Shown here in pieces: positions 49,101 through 61,864 of a DNA stretch of 64,000 nucleotides. The position numbers were made by a program, and so were the translations under genes. The DNA is taken from positions 58,962,001-59,026,000 of the forward strand of contig NW_027266341.1 in the NCBI RefSeq assembly GCF_022045235.1, given 5' to 3'. The number at the start of each line of letters is the position of its first letter. The stretch's first letter is position 1. Source of the DNA: Haliotis cracherodii. Lineage: Eukaryota. The notes beneath the pieces were generated by a model. That model made no database searches. It had not been told where the DNA came from and was given only the letters and a program-made list of their open reading frames with translations.

Positions 49101-52100
49101 TATATAATAGGAGTCTACCTGGTGAGCAATGTCTTGGCAATATTTTAAGATTTAAGTTTGTTCTTTGAATAATATTTAACACCATCAACTGATGATAGGT
49201 TCATTTCACAGGAACTTGATGATAGCGTGAATAACATGATATATTCATATAGAAAAAAATCACACCCCTCTACATGCATAGTCTCTATGTATATAGAGGG
49301 ATGTGATTTTTTTCTATACAAATATATTATGTTATACACGCTATCATTGAGTTCCTGTGGTTCACTTGAGATCTAATCCACAAAGTGTTCGTTAAGTATG
49401 TCAGTCTAGCAATATGGACATAACATGTATGCAGTCTGTCTCATGGTCAGATGATGCCGGTAATCCACAGAGTGTTAGTTAAGTATGTCAGTCTAGCAAT
49501 ATGGACATCACATGTATGCAGTCTGTGTCATGGTCAGATGATGCCGGTAATCCACAGAATGTTAGTTAAGTATGTCAGTCTAGCAATATGGACAGAACAT
49601 GTATGCAGTCTGTGTCATGGTCAGATGATGCCGGTAATCCACAGGATGAGTGACAGGCTGGTGGACCTGTTGACCGAGCGGGCGGAGAACAAGGAGGAGG
49701 TGGAGATCAAAAGGTAACTACATTGTGGATGTTTTATAGGAAGTTAGGATACAGTCAGTGCCGAATACTTATGTTACTAGATCAGAAGGAATGCCACAAG
49801 ACTCTGTCTTCGGTCTTGTTGCTTTAGTCTAAGGCTGCTGATGAGTGTTCCTGTTCTAGTGTATTAGTTGTTCTGGAGAAGTGTTTTTTACGTATCCTTT
49901 GACCCTAAGTCTCACTAATTTCATTATTTTCTCCACACATGATTAATAGGGGAAAGGAGGTACCCCATTGACTTAATTTGTAAATAACCTCTCTGTGTGA
50001 TCTCCTTTTATGTCATAGCTTTTAAAGGAATGTTATAACAAATTATTTAGTTTTAGACAAACAACTCTCTTTTAAGATAAATAAAATTAAAAGTATTCAA
50101 ATTCAAGGGCCATTGCAGTTAAAACATGAAGTATCGCATGGGTGTTTTCGTGTAGGACTGATACCATTAAGTGTGCAACATCTTGTCAACTTATGAAAGA
50201 TTTTGTGCAAGAACAAAAGATATAGACTTTCTTTTTCTCATCCTTCCCAATTTTCTAAAAAAGGAGCTAAGCTACTTAGTTTCAAGATATGTTCATTTTA
50301 TCAGCCATTATGTCTAAAAACTGCGATTATTACATAAACAGGTATAAGCATGATAAGTCTGAAAATGGGACTTTGCAGGAAATGAGTCCAAATGTTTGAT
50401 GCCACATATCTCTGTAATCAATATAAATCGGAGATTGTAAATGGTACTTTTACGGTCCTAAGATATCGTAGTTTTGAAATATATAAAGTAATCAAAATGT
50501 GATTTTTCATCCATAAGGTATCTGTGTCATGGTTAGTCATGATTAGTGACAGGCCATCATGATATGGCTGAACTATTGCGGACCACAGCCTAAAACAACA
50601 TTCACTCTCTCCCTTATCCAAGAGTCTTCATTGTGTGAGTAAGTGCTGGCTGTTGTGTGGCAGGTTCCTGGAGAAGTACACCATGGACGTGATAGCTGGG
50701 ACTGCATTTGGAATGGATGTCAATGCCCTCAACCACGAAGACGACCCGTTTGTCAAGAACGCCAAGACCATCCTGTCTAATGGCCTGAACTCAGCATACA
50801 TTGTGTTTATAAGTAAGTTTTCCATGGTTTATCTTTATTCTGGTGTCTGTACTGATAGAAAGAAGGGAGCGACACTAAGGGACGCATGTAATTATTCAGG
50901 ACATTTTGTACAGGCTAGATGCAAACGTTACTCTTAGTCTGTGTGGCAGCTTGTAGTAGTCCGGAATAATGCTGATTTTATAGTGCTAGCCCACTGAGAT
51001 ACCATGCCATAGCTTCACATGAATACCTTACTCAGACACGGTATACCGACTCCCGAGTTGTCAGTCCTTGCTTTAGGTCCTTCATGCTGAGCGCCAGGCA
51101 GGGAAACAACAAGTTCCATCATTTAAACTTACCTGGTATGACATGGTGGGGGATCGAACCATCAACTTTCTGCTCTCCAGGCATAGCCTCTATCCATTAG
51201 ACCACGGAGGCGGTCATTCATGTGGGAAAGACAATGTACCATATTCGTTGTAGTAAACGCCCCTGACCAACTTGTAGATCAGTCTGTCAGTAGTCTTTAT
51301 AAGCACCCCATACTAAGCCCAACATTTTACATTTCTTTATATTTCTTTGTGTGTATTACATATCTGTTCACAGAAAACACAGCAGTGTAGGAGGGATGTA
51401 TAATTGCCTCACTACAATTATCACAGAAACTTTAGTTTCACAGATGATTGATGTAAGACTGATCTCTATTGCTTGATCTCCGACACCAAGGTCCACTTGT
51501 GCATAATTTATAAGGTTTTCTTTATTTTCTAAGTCCCCAGGGCACTTATTACAGTGAATATGGCACATGTGTTGATGGCTATAAGGCTAAGGGTTGACAC
51601 ATAGGTGTTGGACATTTGACCATGTTAACTGTGGTGTATCGCAATGCTAACGTGCACAGTTACATTCATTGTTGCATGTTAATAACAGGTTAATAACATA
51701 TTGTTGATATTAAGGTACTTGATTCATATTTGTCAATTAATTCTCAATATTTAACAGAGAAGTTTATGTGAAGTGTCTGTCTTTTGAATACAAACTTCAT
51801 ATTCAGATTGGCTACAGTGACATGGCAGTGTTTTGGTTTGAACAAACATTCTGAATTAGGATAGTGATGGAGTACTGGTGATCATGCATTCCTGATGTAA
51901 AACATCTTTGTTCACTCTTTCAGCCTTCTTCCCCTTCCTCATCCCACTGACGTCGTTGCTTGGTTACCACTTGTTCCCCGAATCCAACATGAACTTCTTT
52001 GTCAAGGTGACCAACAAGATCCTTGAGGAGAGGAAAATTGATCCATCGGTGAGAATAGAGGGCTGGTTTAATTTGGCATTTCAGAGCAGAGTAGGGGGTA

Positions 52101-55100
52101 AGGGTGGCCCAGTCATCAATGGCGCTGCAATACGCTGTACAGAGTTATGTCCCTTGGGCATGCCAGAAACCTATGAATATGGGTCTGAATCCCCGTTCTC
52201 CCCGATTATGTTTCTAGGTTTGCAGCATACACACCATGCTAGTGAGTAAGGTGCAAACCACCAAAGTGGTAAACGTCCAAAACCTGCATCACTTCAGGCT
52301 TTCCTCACCCATCAAACTGACACACTGTGGAAGACATGGTAGAACTGGAATACTGTTCAAAGCAGTGTTAAACCCCACTCACTCAGGGCGGAGTAGATCA
52401 CAAGTATTCTCTTCATAGGTGATGATTTAATTTGGGATCAGTTGTCCAAGATGTGGGTGTGGTCTCAATGTGGGAGGAGAGCTGAAGTGAGGCATGGTCA
52501 TGATCATTTGCCCCTCTGGAGAATCGTATGATTTTGTTTGTTTGTTTGTTTGATTGTTTTTTAATGCTGCACTCAGCAATATTCCAGATACATGACGGTG
52601 GTCTGTAAATAATCAAGTCTGGACCAGACTAACTAGTGATTGACATTATGAGCATCGATCCACACAATTCCAATGGGATGACATGCATCAACCAAGTCAG
52701 CGAGCCTGACCACCCGATCCCGTTTGTCGTCTTTTATAGCAAGTATGGGTTGCCGTTTTTTTCCCCGTCCTATAAAAGTCCAGTTTCCACCCTTGCTGAA
52801 CTAGACTATGAGTCAATGAATAGTCCAATCAAAATCGCGTAACGAAATCCACATCCAGTTTGTAAACATATGTGCAGGTTTTGGTCGATTGCAGGATTTG
52901 CAAAGCATGTGTACCAACAACTTAGCTTCAACAGATATTTTGCAAATCTTTTCATGTTTTTAATCATTGTGCTCAAGTGATTTGATGCACTTCATGAAGT
53001 AAGACGCGTTTTATTATAATATAGGTTATCGATCCGATTGTCTTTACTGGGCAACACCATTTTATTTGAAGGAGATGCAAATGATATGAGTAGTGGAATC
53101 TGATTGGTCTATAGGAGGGACATAGAAGGGGCAAAACTTGTAATAGCCGCTGGTAGTGCTACGATCAACCCAGAAATTCCAGCCTGGTGTGGCAAGGTTG
53201 GAAACTGGACTTTCACTCCCTTGCCTCAGAAAGATGGAAATTGAGCATTGTTGCCAATATTATCAACCACAGGTTTTTTCTGCTCCAAACATTATTGCAT
53301 GAAATAAACTGCCATGAAAAAGTTGCAGTAATGCTTAGTAACATCATCAGATGCATTCACTCTTGCTGAGTGAGTGAGTGAGTTAGTTGGGTGTAAACCA
53401 AAGTATTCCAGTTATATCACGGCAAGTCAGCTTGATGTGGGAGGAAAGCCCGAAGAGATGCAGGTCTTGGACAATTTAACACTTTGGTGAAACCCACAAG
53501 TACGGGTAGAAACCTAGAAACATAATTGTGGAGAGCCTTGGATTTGAACAGATTTTTGGGCGTGCCCAGGGGATGCAACTCTGGACAGCAAATTACGGCG
53601 CAAATGCCCCCCACTCACACAGATTGTTATGTACACCTTTGCAATATGAAGGTTGAAAGGTTTTGAGCTACATGTTCCCCTCTGTCTTGGTCTCGCAGAG
53701 CAGCAAATACACAGACTTCATTCAGCTGATGGTGAACGCAGACGAGGAGAAGCGACAGACGATGCAACAGAATGGTGGAGACACTTCTAGCAGCAATGGC
53801 CAACCTGCAGGTAAGCCCTAGACTACTTGATTTTCTTCCTAGAAGTATAATTCTGAGATGTGTCTGGAAAGTGCAGGAATGAGTTCGGCATTATCTTCAG
53901 GCCTGACCAGGGACGAAATTAGTGCTGCCGCGCTGCTGTTCTTCATCGCTGGCTACGACACGACTGCTTCTACCATGTCTTTCTGCGTGTATAACATCGC
54001 CACCCACCCCGAGGTGCAGGAGCGGCTGGTAGCCGAGATAGAGACTGTGCTGGGGGACCAAGAGCCGGATTATGACAGTATTCAGAAACTGGAGTACCTG
54101 GAAATGTGTTTGTCAGAAACACTCAGGCTTCACCCCGCTTCTGTCAGGTAGGCTTTATGATGGCGAGGTATCTGTCAGAGATGTCGGCAGGTTGTGGACC
54201 TGATCTATATGTCATTATCCATATTTTCTCAAATAGGTTTTTCAGTGACTCATTGATTCAAGGGTCTACCAATATGTTTCAATATATTTGTTCACCGTTC
54301 CCGTTGAGGTACTCTCTGTGTTAATTCATGTTCCTTGAGCACGTAAATATCCAGAAAAAGGCATCTTACACCATTTCATTGATATACACACTTCTGGTTG
54401 CTAACAGTTTGGCAAACTGAGCAGGGAACATATAAAATGTTCCTTACATGTTAACGGGGTACATTGAAAATAACAGAATGGGTCCTAGCCAATCAGAATC
54501 CTCCATTCATGTGTAAGGTAAGATAAATGAGATCAGATGAGATTAGCCACTTTATTCATCCATCTTTAAGAATGTGGCTCAAGTGATGTTGGTGTGTGAG
54601 ACGTGTGCTTCCTGCTGTTTCCCAGGGTGGATCGAACCTGCACCAAGGACATGGAGGTCAAGGGCGTGAAGATCCCCAAGGGCATGACAGTGGGGATTCC
54701 CATCTATGCCATCCACCATGACAGTGACCGCTGGGACAGGCCTGAAGAGTATGACCCAGAGAGGTAGGCTGACAAATGATCACATATGGCTGAGAGTTAC
54801 GAGTTTTGACAAGGGAGCAATTGTAAATATTCTCCTCAGGGCTCTGGAAGCAGAGTCTGGGAGACCTGACTGTTTTTGATAACCCTCCCCTGATTTTCTA
54901 TTTCCGATCCCCATGGCCCTATCTGTCAATTTCATGTTGTGATGAGATGGAGACTATTTATCATCCAAAACTGGCTCCCACAGGAGATATATAATATAAT
55001 ATCGCTCAATGCATATGTATAACAGACTGTCCTTAAAGGTGAGGTGAGGTGAATTTGAGTTTAACGTCGCGTCCAAGATTATTGCACGTGTGTGTGTGTT

Positions 55101-57714
55101 TGTGTGTGTGACTGCTTGTACTAGTCCGGACTGATGCCGATTTATAGTGCTAGACCACTGAGATACCATGCTGCAGTTTAACATAAATACCCCACTCAGA
55201 CACAGTATACTGACTCCGAGCCGACCAGTCCTTGTTTTAGCCCCTTAATGCCGAGCACCAGACAGGGTAACAACAAGTACCATCTTTTAAGGTCTTTTGG
55301 TATGATGCGGCCGGGGATCGAACCCCGGACCTTCCGCTCTCCGGGCGGACGCTCTACCACTAGACCACGGAGACGGTCTGTCGGTCAATGTCAGCCTAGG
55401 CACAGATCAAGATAGTTTAGATGTGCATTTCTTCGTTTGTTCAGAATTGGGTGATATCAAGCAATATCTGTATTGTAGATATCGCTGCAATGAAATTGCA
55501 TCACAATGCTTTGCAGACCATTGTGACATCATTGGTTACCATGACGTCACAATCAAATGACATCACTAATGGCTCTGCTACTGAAGCTGTTAGCATTACT
55601 TTTTACACTTAAGACACTGCTTATTACTGTCTACAAACTGATGAAGTTGGAAGAATGATGTTGGATGATAAATAAAATCTCACACTTGTGTCTTTTGATA
55701 TCAAATATATCAACACTCGTTGATAAAAGTGAAAAATTTCCTTGGCAAGCCTCAGAGTTTTTACACTTTTATCAACTCGTGTTGATATATTCGATATCAA
55801 AAGACACTCGGGTGAGATTCTCTATTTATCATCTAAAACTGGCTATTTACAATGTCTCACTTTAACACAAGGCACTAGTTACAATGTCTGACTTTCACAG
55901 AAGGCCCTGGTTACGATGTCTCACTTTCACACAAGGCACTGGTTACGATGTCTTATTTTCACACAAGGCACTAGTTACGATGTCTTACTTTCACACAAGG
56001 CACTAGTTACGATGTCTTACTTTCACACAAGGCACTAGTTACGATGTCTCACTTTCACACAAGGCACTGGTTAAGATGTCTTACTTTCACACAAGACGCT
56101 AGTTACGATGTGTTACTTTCACACAAGGCACTAGTTACGATGTCTTACTTTCACACAAGGCACTAGTTACGATGTCTTACTTTCACACAAGGCACTAGTT
56201 ACGATGTCTCACTTTCACACAAGGCACTAGTTATGATGTCTTACTTTCACACAAGGCACTAGTTACGATGTCTCACTTTCACACAAGGCACTGGTTAAGA
56301 TTTCTTACTTTCACACAAGGCACTAGTTACGATGTCTTACTTTCACACAAGGCACTAGTTACGATGTCTTACTTTCACACAAGGCACTAGTTACGATGTC
56401 TCACTTTCACACAAGGCACTAGTTACGATGTCTCACTTTCACACAAGGCACTAGTTACGATGTCTCACTTTCACACAAGGCACTAGTTATGATGTCTTAC
56501 TTTCACACAAGGCACTGGTTAAGATTTCTTACTTTCACACACGGCACTAGTTACAATGTCTTACTTTCACACAAGGCACTAGTTACGATGTCTCACTTTC
56601 ACACAAGGCACTAGTTACGATGTCTCACTTTCACACAAGGCACTGGTTAAGATTTCTTACTTTCACAAAAGGCACTAGTTATGATGTCTTACTTTCACAC
56701 AAGGCACTAGTTATGATGTCTTACTTTCACACAAGGCACTAGTTATAATGTCTTACTTTCACACAAGGCACTAGTTACGATGTCTTACTTTCACACAAGG
56801 CACTAGTTACGATGTCTTACTTTCACACAAGGCACTGGTTACGATGTCTTACTTTCACACAAGGCACTGGTTACGATGTCTCACTTTCACACAGCTATAA
56901 TGTCTTTGCTGTACTGAATATGGGCAGCTGACCAAGTGGTTGTCTCCCTTTAAATAATGATAATGCACCTGGATTATTTACGGAACTCAAAGCTCCATGT
57001 TTTCGCAGTGTGGTAATGCTCTATGATTTTTGTCAGATTTAGCGCTGAAAACCGGAGCAAGCATGGCCCATTTGACTACCTTCCGTTTGGAAATGGACCC
57101 AGGAACTGTATCGGCATGAGGCTTGCTTTAGTGGAGGCAAAGATAACACTTATCAAGCTTTTTAAGAATTTCAAATTCTCATCAAGCTCAAAAACACAGG
57201 TAGGTGTGTCATGTAGCATGCTTAGGAAAAGTGAGTGACAATACTTATAAGTGAGTGAATGAATATCATTTTAGGCCACAGTCAGCATAAGTCTAGCTAT
57301 AGTGCAGTGACCTGAAGAAAATGAAGCCTTGGCCAGGCAAGCCAGTGTCTGACAGCGTGAACATCCATGCCATCAGGGTAGTATGATGTAAAATATACTA
57401 GAGGGTGGGGTAGTAAACTATCTTTTTAATAAAATTATTTGTTGACATGTTTTCAACAAAAATAACTATTAATTCATGAAGTTTTGGACCAAGTTATTGC
57501 CAGGACCAAAGAAACAGTTTGTTAAATCCGTCAGCTCATTATAAGCGTGTTTGTATAAACATAGCTTACTGTACTTTTTTTATCATTAAGATTTTGATGT
57601 TGTTTTCTTCTGAATGAAGTGTTTTCATTAACCTAACAGATTCCCCTGACGTTCATGCCGTCTGCATTACTGAGGCCTGCCCAGGGCCTCTGGATCCGGA
57701 TTGAGAAGAGGTAG
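40169..57714 (+). CDS. CYP3A-like: Cytochrome P450, CYP3 clan (CYP3A-like), 13 exons, 513 aa
   Basis: Exons 40169-40242, 41952-42048, 43575-43627, 44825-44921, 45940-46062, 49625-49713, 50664-50812, 51924-52048, 53699-53810, 53901-54147, 54626-54763, 57037-57199 and 57640-57714; all GT-AG, 1542 nt in frame. Motifs: N-terminal TM anchor, GIDGPPPRPIVGN, WRFIRNFMTPTFSAGKLK (C helix), FFIAGYDTT (I helix), ETLR (K helix), PERF, FGNGPRNCIG (heme Cys). Confidence 0.95.
42909..43160. repeat. 31-bp AT-rich minisatellite, ~8 copies (CYP intron 2)
   Basis: Unit gcataattcaattttgtat(a/c)aacagtattat. Confidence 0.95.
43621..44260. repeat. 32-bp G-rich minisatellite, 20 copies, starting across the exon 3 donor
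   Basis: Unit tggtggggtaagttggtcagggttagacagg(a/g); exact 32-nt period. Confidence 0.95.
46236..46496 (+). mobile_element. Degenerate SINE family A
   Basis: ...ccaaaagatgttaaaagat...ggagtcagtatactgtgtctgagtggg...ggactagtacaagcagccac. Confidence 0.7.
46501..47010 (+). mobile_element. Long-TIR non-autonomous element with a RecQ-like helicase 5' remnant (AcademH-like)
   Basis: ~60-bp imperfect TIRs (catccactatatgtccagggctagcattt / aaatgcgagccctggagatatagaggat); frame 46700-46837 MAACPID*DQVCEKFNIKKLIDMQKKALKNLFDGKDVFFSLITGGG. Confidence 0.6.
47535..49102 (-). mobile_element. Tc1-family DNA transposon (DD34E), full length but inactivated
   Basis: Perfect TIR TACTACTCAAAATTTGATAAGGATC with TA flanks; located in CYP intron 5. 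Confidence 0.95.
47799..48840 (-). pseudogene. Tc1 transposase pseudogene
   Basis: Paired-type HTH N-terminus, FTDESR, GGGSIMVWG, MDDNARPH, WPARSPDLNPIEH (34 aa between D and E); one frame with stops at 48602-48600 and 48173-48171; ATG at 48840 offset by one extra C in a C6 run. Confidence 0.9.
49207..49359. repeat. Long imperfect palindrome (hairpin MITE-like)
   Basis: cacaggaacttgatgatagcgtg...aaatcacacccctcta / tagagggatgtgattt...cacgctatcattgagttcctgtg. Confidence 0.75.
49374..49643. repeat. 87-bp tandem triplication spanning the exon 6 acceptor
   Basis: Units start at 49374, 49461 and 49548 (plus 9 nt at 49635); each contains catggtcag|ATGATGCCG. Confidence 0.95.
50920..51215 (-). mobile_element. 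SINE family A (diverged)
   Basis: Ends ...ttagaccacggaggcggtc. Confidence 0.8.
55038..55378 (-). mobile_element. SINE family A
   Basis: Near-consensus copy. Confidence 0.9.
55668..55829. repeat. Long imperfect palindrome (hairpin MITE-like)
   Basis: aatctcacacttgtgtcttttgatatc...gttgataaaagtg / cacttttatcaac...gatatcaaaagacactcgggtgagatt. Confidence 0.75.
55847..56893. repeat. 32-bp minisatellite, ~33 copies (CYP intron 11)
   Basis: Unit ttacgatgtc(t/c)tactttcacacaaggcact(a/g)g; no spacers. Confidence 0.95.
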
Positions 57715-58589
57715 ACGATTTGTCTTGAATGTGTGACAGACTAGGGCCAACACAGCAGCTTTTGTATTTCATGTCTGACCATGTCATTCATTTAATGTCA
57801 CCATGTTGGTATTGTGATTTTAATATGACTTAAAACAGCTTTAATACTGGAATGGCAGTGAAATAGTGATAAAAAATTGTTTCAAACGAGTAAATACATA
57901 TATTTTTCATGTTAATATTGGTTATTTTACAAATGTCCTTCAAAATGATGTGTGGTGTTCAACTGAAGCATGAAATTTGAAATCTCTGAAATGACCTGAT
58001 TATCAAACATGTATTCCGGGAGCCACTATATCTATGTACACCGATTGTTTTCAACTAACCACAATGTCTAGTGTTTATTTTGTTGTAATGTTTACTATAA
58101 CATGTTTTTAGTGTATGTCTCGCTTTTAGTTTTTTTCGTATTGTTTAACCTTGAATGTTGACATTTGATATTTTACTATTACCTATTATCAATATTATTT
58201 CTTTTATTTGATTAAAGGATACTTTCTAACCACATTATACAACAATTTATTTTAATTGAAGGTTCAAAACAAATTAATTTTCCCTAGAAGGGCTTCTCAG
58301 TGTATTCACTGATCCAGGTCTTAATTCCTCTTTCATGCAAATTATTTGATAACCAGCATATTGACTTGGTGTAGATTTTAACAGGATTTTCTTAAAGGGG
58401 GCCTTGAGTTTATTTAATTAGCAACTTCATTTGAGGTGGGGTGGTATGTTTTCAATATATATGTTCAATTACAGAATTTGTTCAAAGGAGGTGGAACTTT
58501 TCAATTTTTACCTACATTTGGTGATGGGGGTCACTTGACAAAATGCGAGAGTATTTGCAAGGTCTATAATTACATTGAGGTATTTTCAT

Positions 58590-58885
58590 TGATAGTTTTC
58601 CATGATCAGCAGTTACAAACACAAATAATTGGTGCTCTTATATGTTAGCTAGAACTTACCAAAGTTTTCATTAAGCATTATAATTAACAGTTTTCCATGA
58701 GGAGCAGTTACAAACACAAACAATGGGTGCTCTTATATGTTAGCTAGAACTTACCCAACTTTTCATTAAGCATTTAATCGAATTATAATTAACAGTTTTC
58801 CATGCTGAGCAGTTGAATACACAGAACGAAATGGTGTATATGTATAGTAGAGAGAATCTATCAAGTTTTCATTTAAGCATTAAAT
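58590..58885. repeat. ~100-bp tandem repeat, 3 diverging copies, downstream of the CYP stop
   Basis: agttttccatg..agcagttacaaacacaaa...gctagaacttacc...ttttcattaagcatt repeated. Confidence 0.75.
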
Positions 58886-61445
58886 GGATTGCTGACTCTA
58901 GATGTTGATAGAGCCTTTCCCAACAATTCTTGAATAGACTTTGATTTTGAAATCCAGGTTGCAGGAATGTGTGTTTGCTAACCTGTAGAGGTAGCAGTGT
59001 GATATAGAATAGGCTATGTATGAAGTTTATGTTTCCATGGAACTGTCTTTGTTAGTTAGTCAGTGTCTAAGTTTTAGAGAAGACATGAAAAGGTGCTCAA
59101 GATTTAATATCTTGTTCCATGTAGTGAACACATATTCAGGCTTTTCCTAGACTTGCTCACAGGCCGATATTCGTTTTATAATTTTGATGAGTTGGCTTAT
59201 AAAGTTTTGTACCCATAATTCAATGAAGTTGGATTACACAGACTTCCTATGATAAAAGGCCAAGAGGTATGTGAGTTATGACAGCCATTGTACGAATGGT
59301 AAAGAGTGCCTTGTGAAACACACCCAAGATAGGTCCATGCATTGCAATGCAAATATTGATATATTATAATGATTTCTTGTTGTATATTCTATGTGTGTGA
59401 ATTCAGAGCTAGATGTTCGCACTAACCTCAGTTGAAATGTATCATGCCATTTTCTTCCCTATTGTTTACAAGACACTCACTGCACACGCACTGCAAAGGA
59501 CACGATGTGATAGGAGCCCTTTCAGCCCAGGGGATCTTAATAATTTAAGAAATGAGGAAATTGTTTGAAAATCGTTATTAATGTTATCAGATGTGTTATT
59601 ATGAATCCGAATTAAATTCATTTTATCAATTGGCTGTTCGGACTAATAACTACACTAAGGTTAGGCTAAGAAATGTGTCAATAAAGCTGAGCTTTCAGGT
59701 TTTCAGGAAGCATTTTTCTAATATTTGAACATGAGCAGTCTTTGACCAAGCCGAATTCCTGATGAGATGTAGAATGAGAACAGTACACATATTGTACAAG
59801 ATTCATCTTGGGTCACGGCCTGCTCATGCTAAGATTTTTACTTGAAGTTTAAAAGTCAACCTTTTACAATACCTTTAGCAATCGTATCCGTCCAAAACAG
59901 GATTACAAAAGAAAACTACTTGTTTTTAACACATCTTATTAAGATAACATTACATAACAATTTTCTGAAACTTTACAGTTTGACATTTCCAGAAGGGCTG
60001 AAAAGGGCCGTTATCCTACCCTGTCCTTTGTCTTTGTTTCTAAATGCCTGGTAGGGCTGAAAAAATAATAGTGTTGGTTCTCGGGCACCACCCCCATCAT
60101 CATAAAGTCTGAGGCACGTTTCGTTTTTATTTCCATTTTCAAAAATTAAAAAAATATCCTACAACTTAAAAACCAATGTGCCCGCCTGCTCTATATTTTC
60201 CAAAGTCATTGCCTGAGAACCAATTCTTTTATTTTCTTAAGCCTAATGCAACTACTACTATGATAAGACTTGCTCAGTTCCCTGGAGGAACGTTATTGGC
60301 TGTTGCTTTACCGACCAGAAACCTGCTTATGTAACAGGTGTTGGCGACCATCCTGTTATTGTTTTTGATAACAACTGTTTATTTGATTTAAACCACCCTG
60401 TTATTGTTTTTGATAACAACTGTCAAATTGATTTTGACCAGGGCTTTTGTTGAATGAAATGTTTTTAGATAGATACAACACACTATCACACTGTTTACAA
60501 AAATCGAGCAAAACACAGGGACCACCATGCAACATAAGGCATCACAATTCACTGGGCAGAGTTGCTTCCCTTAGTTATGCCAGGAAATGCTGATGGAGGG
60601 TTATAATGTCAGATTTGCCTTGAATATTATCTATGGTTTGTCAGTGACTTACCCTTGCTTTTGGATTTGACCATAGTGGCATGTGTTAACGACATCAATT
60701 TGGGCTTCCCTCCCAGATTAAACAGACACACTAGGTAAATACTGCTCAAACTTCAAACTTGTTATTCTTTATTTAAAAAAATACTCAGATGAATATGTAC
60801 TCATTTTAATGTGTTAATATGACTGAATGATTTTTTTCTATTATTTACATACTGAATTTCAGGACCAAAATGACCAAATTATGATGTACCAAATTTCCAT
60901 TAGCTTCACGGGTAGAACCTTTGTTCGTGTAATTCCAGGACTCGCTTCAATGTCTCTGAAGTCATTGATACTTAGGTATCGTTTGCTCATTGTAATTATG
61001 AGTGTCCGTCTCAGTAAGCGAAATTCTATGGAATAGGTCCACTTCTTAGCCTTAATAACGTGCCATTGTCTTCAACTGGTGATTGTACGAGGGCTTCATT
61101 ATTCCGTGTGTTGATCAAACCTTTACAAAACAACCTTATACACCAAATAAATTATAAAGGCCAAAAGTTTTATTGTCTACATAGCTATTTGCATAAACCC
61201 ATGTACCCTAATTGCATGTACCTCTATTATACTGAGATTTTCATGATCACTTGTAACAGTATCTATTGTACCCTGGGGTCTGTTGCTTACTGTATAACTG
61301 CTTTGATTATCTAGGTGAACTAAAACGTACTTGTTTGGTTGATGGCGCTGTTAGCTTGTATAGTGGGTTTCGTGAACAGTAAAATCTCGTTAATCCGGAT
61401 CAGTGGAATGAACCTTATTCGTAAAGGCCGAGGTATAATGGGGGC

Positions 61446-61864
61446 TAGGGCTGGGACAAGTCCAAAGTTACTACCCGGGTACCCATCCCATATTACCCGA
61501 CCCCACCCGGGTGCCCGCTGTTGGTCTCAAGAGATAGCTACTAACTGTCCGATTGGGAAAAGTCTGACCATAGCCTTGGACAAAATGTATTTAGATACAC
61601 GTATAAAAAGTTCTGGTCATCCATACATTGAAGTTGACTGAAGTTTTATTTTTATTCAAACTTCAAATCAGTAGGAATGGGCGTAGTAGTTAGAAAGAAC
61701 TGCGAACATTGGTGACTTGTACTTTAAACATAGAATTCTAGATATTTGTTGTCATTAAACAATATATCACGTGACTAACCAGGGGCCCGGGTAGTCCTTA
61801 GGGTACCCGGGTCTTACTCAGTATCCACCTGACCCGAGGACCCGAGTTACCCGTCCCAGCCCTA
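61446..61864. mobile_element. hAT-type MITE (uninterrupted copy of the 13597 family)
   Basis: TIRs TAGGGCTGGGAC / GTCCCAGCCCTA; 8-bp TSD ATGGGGGC / ATGGGGAC. Confidence 0.85.

Noticed and set aside
53811-53900. 90-nt CYP intron 9 as retained coding sequence
   Set aside because: Contains an in-frame TAG four codons in; canonical GT-AG ends
55847-56893. 32-bp arrays (also 43621-44260) as CRISPR arrays
   Set aside because: Units are contiguous with no unique spacers, there are no cas genes, and the context is a eukaryotic intron
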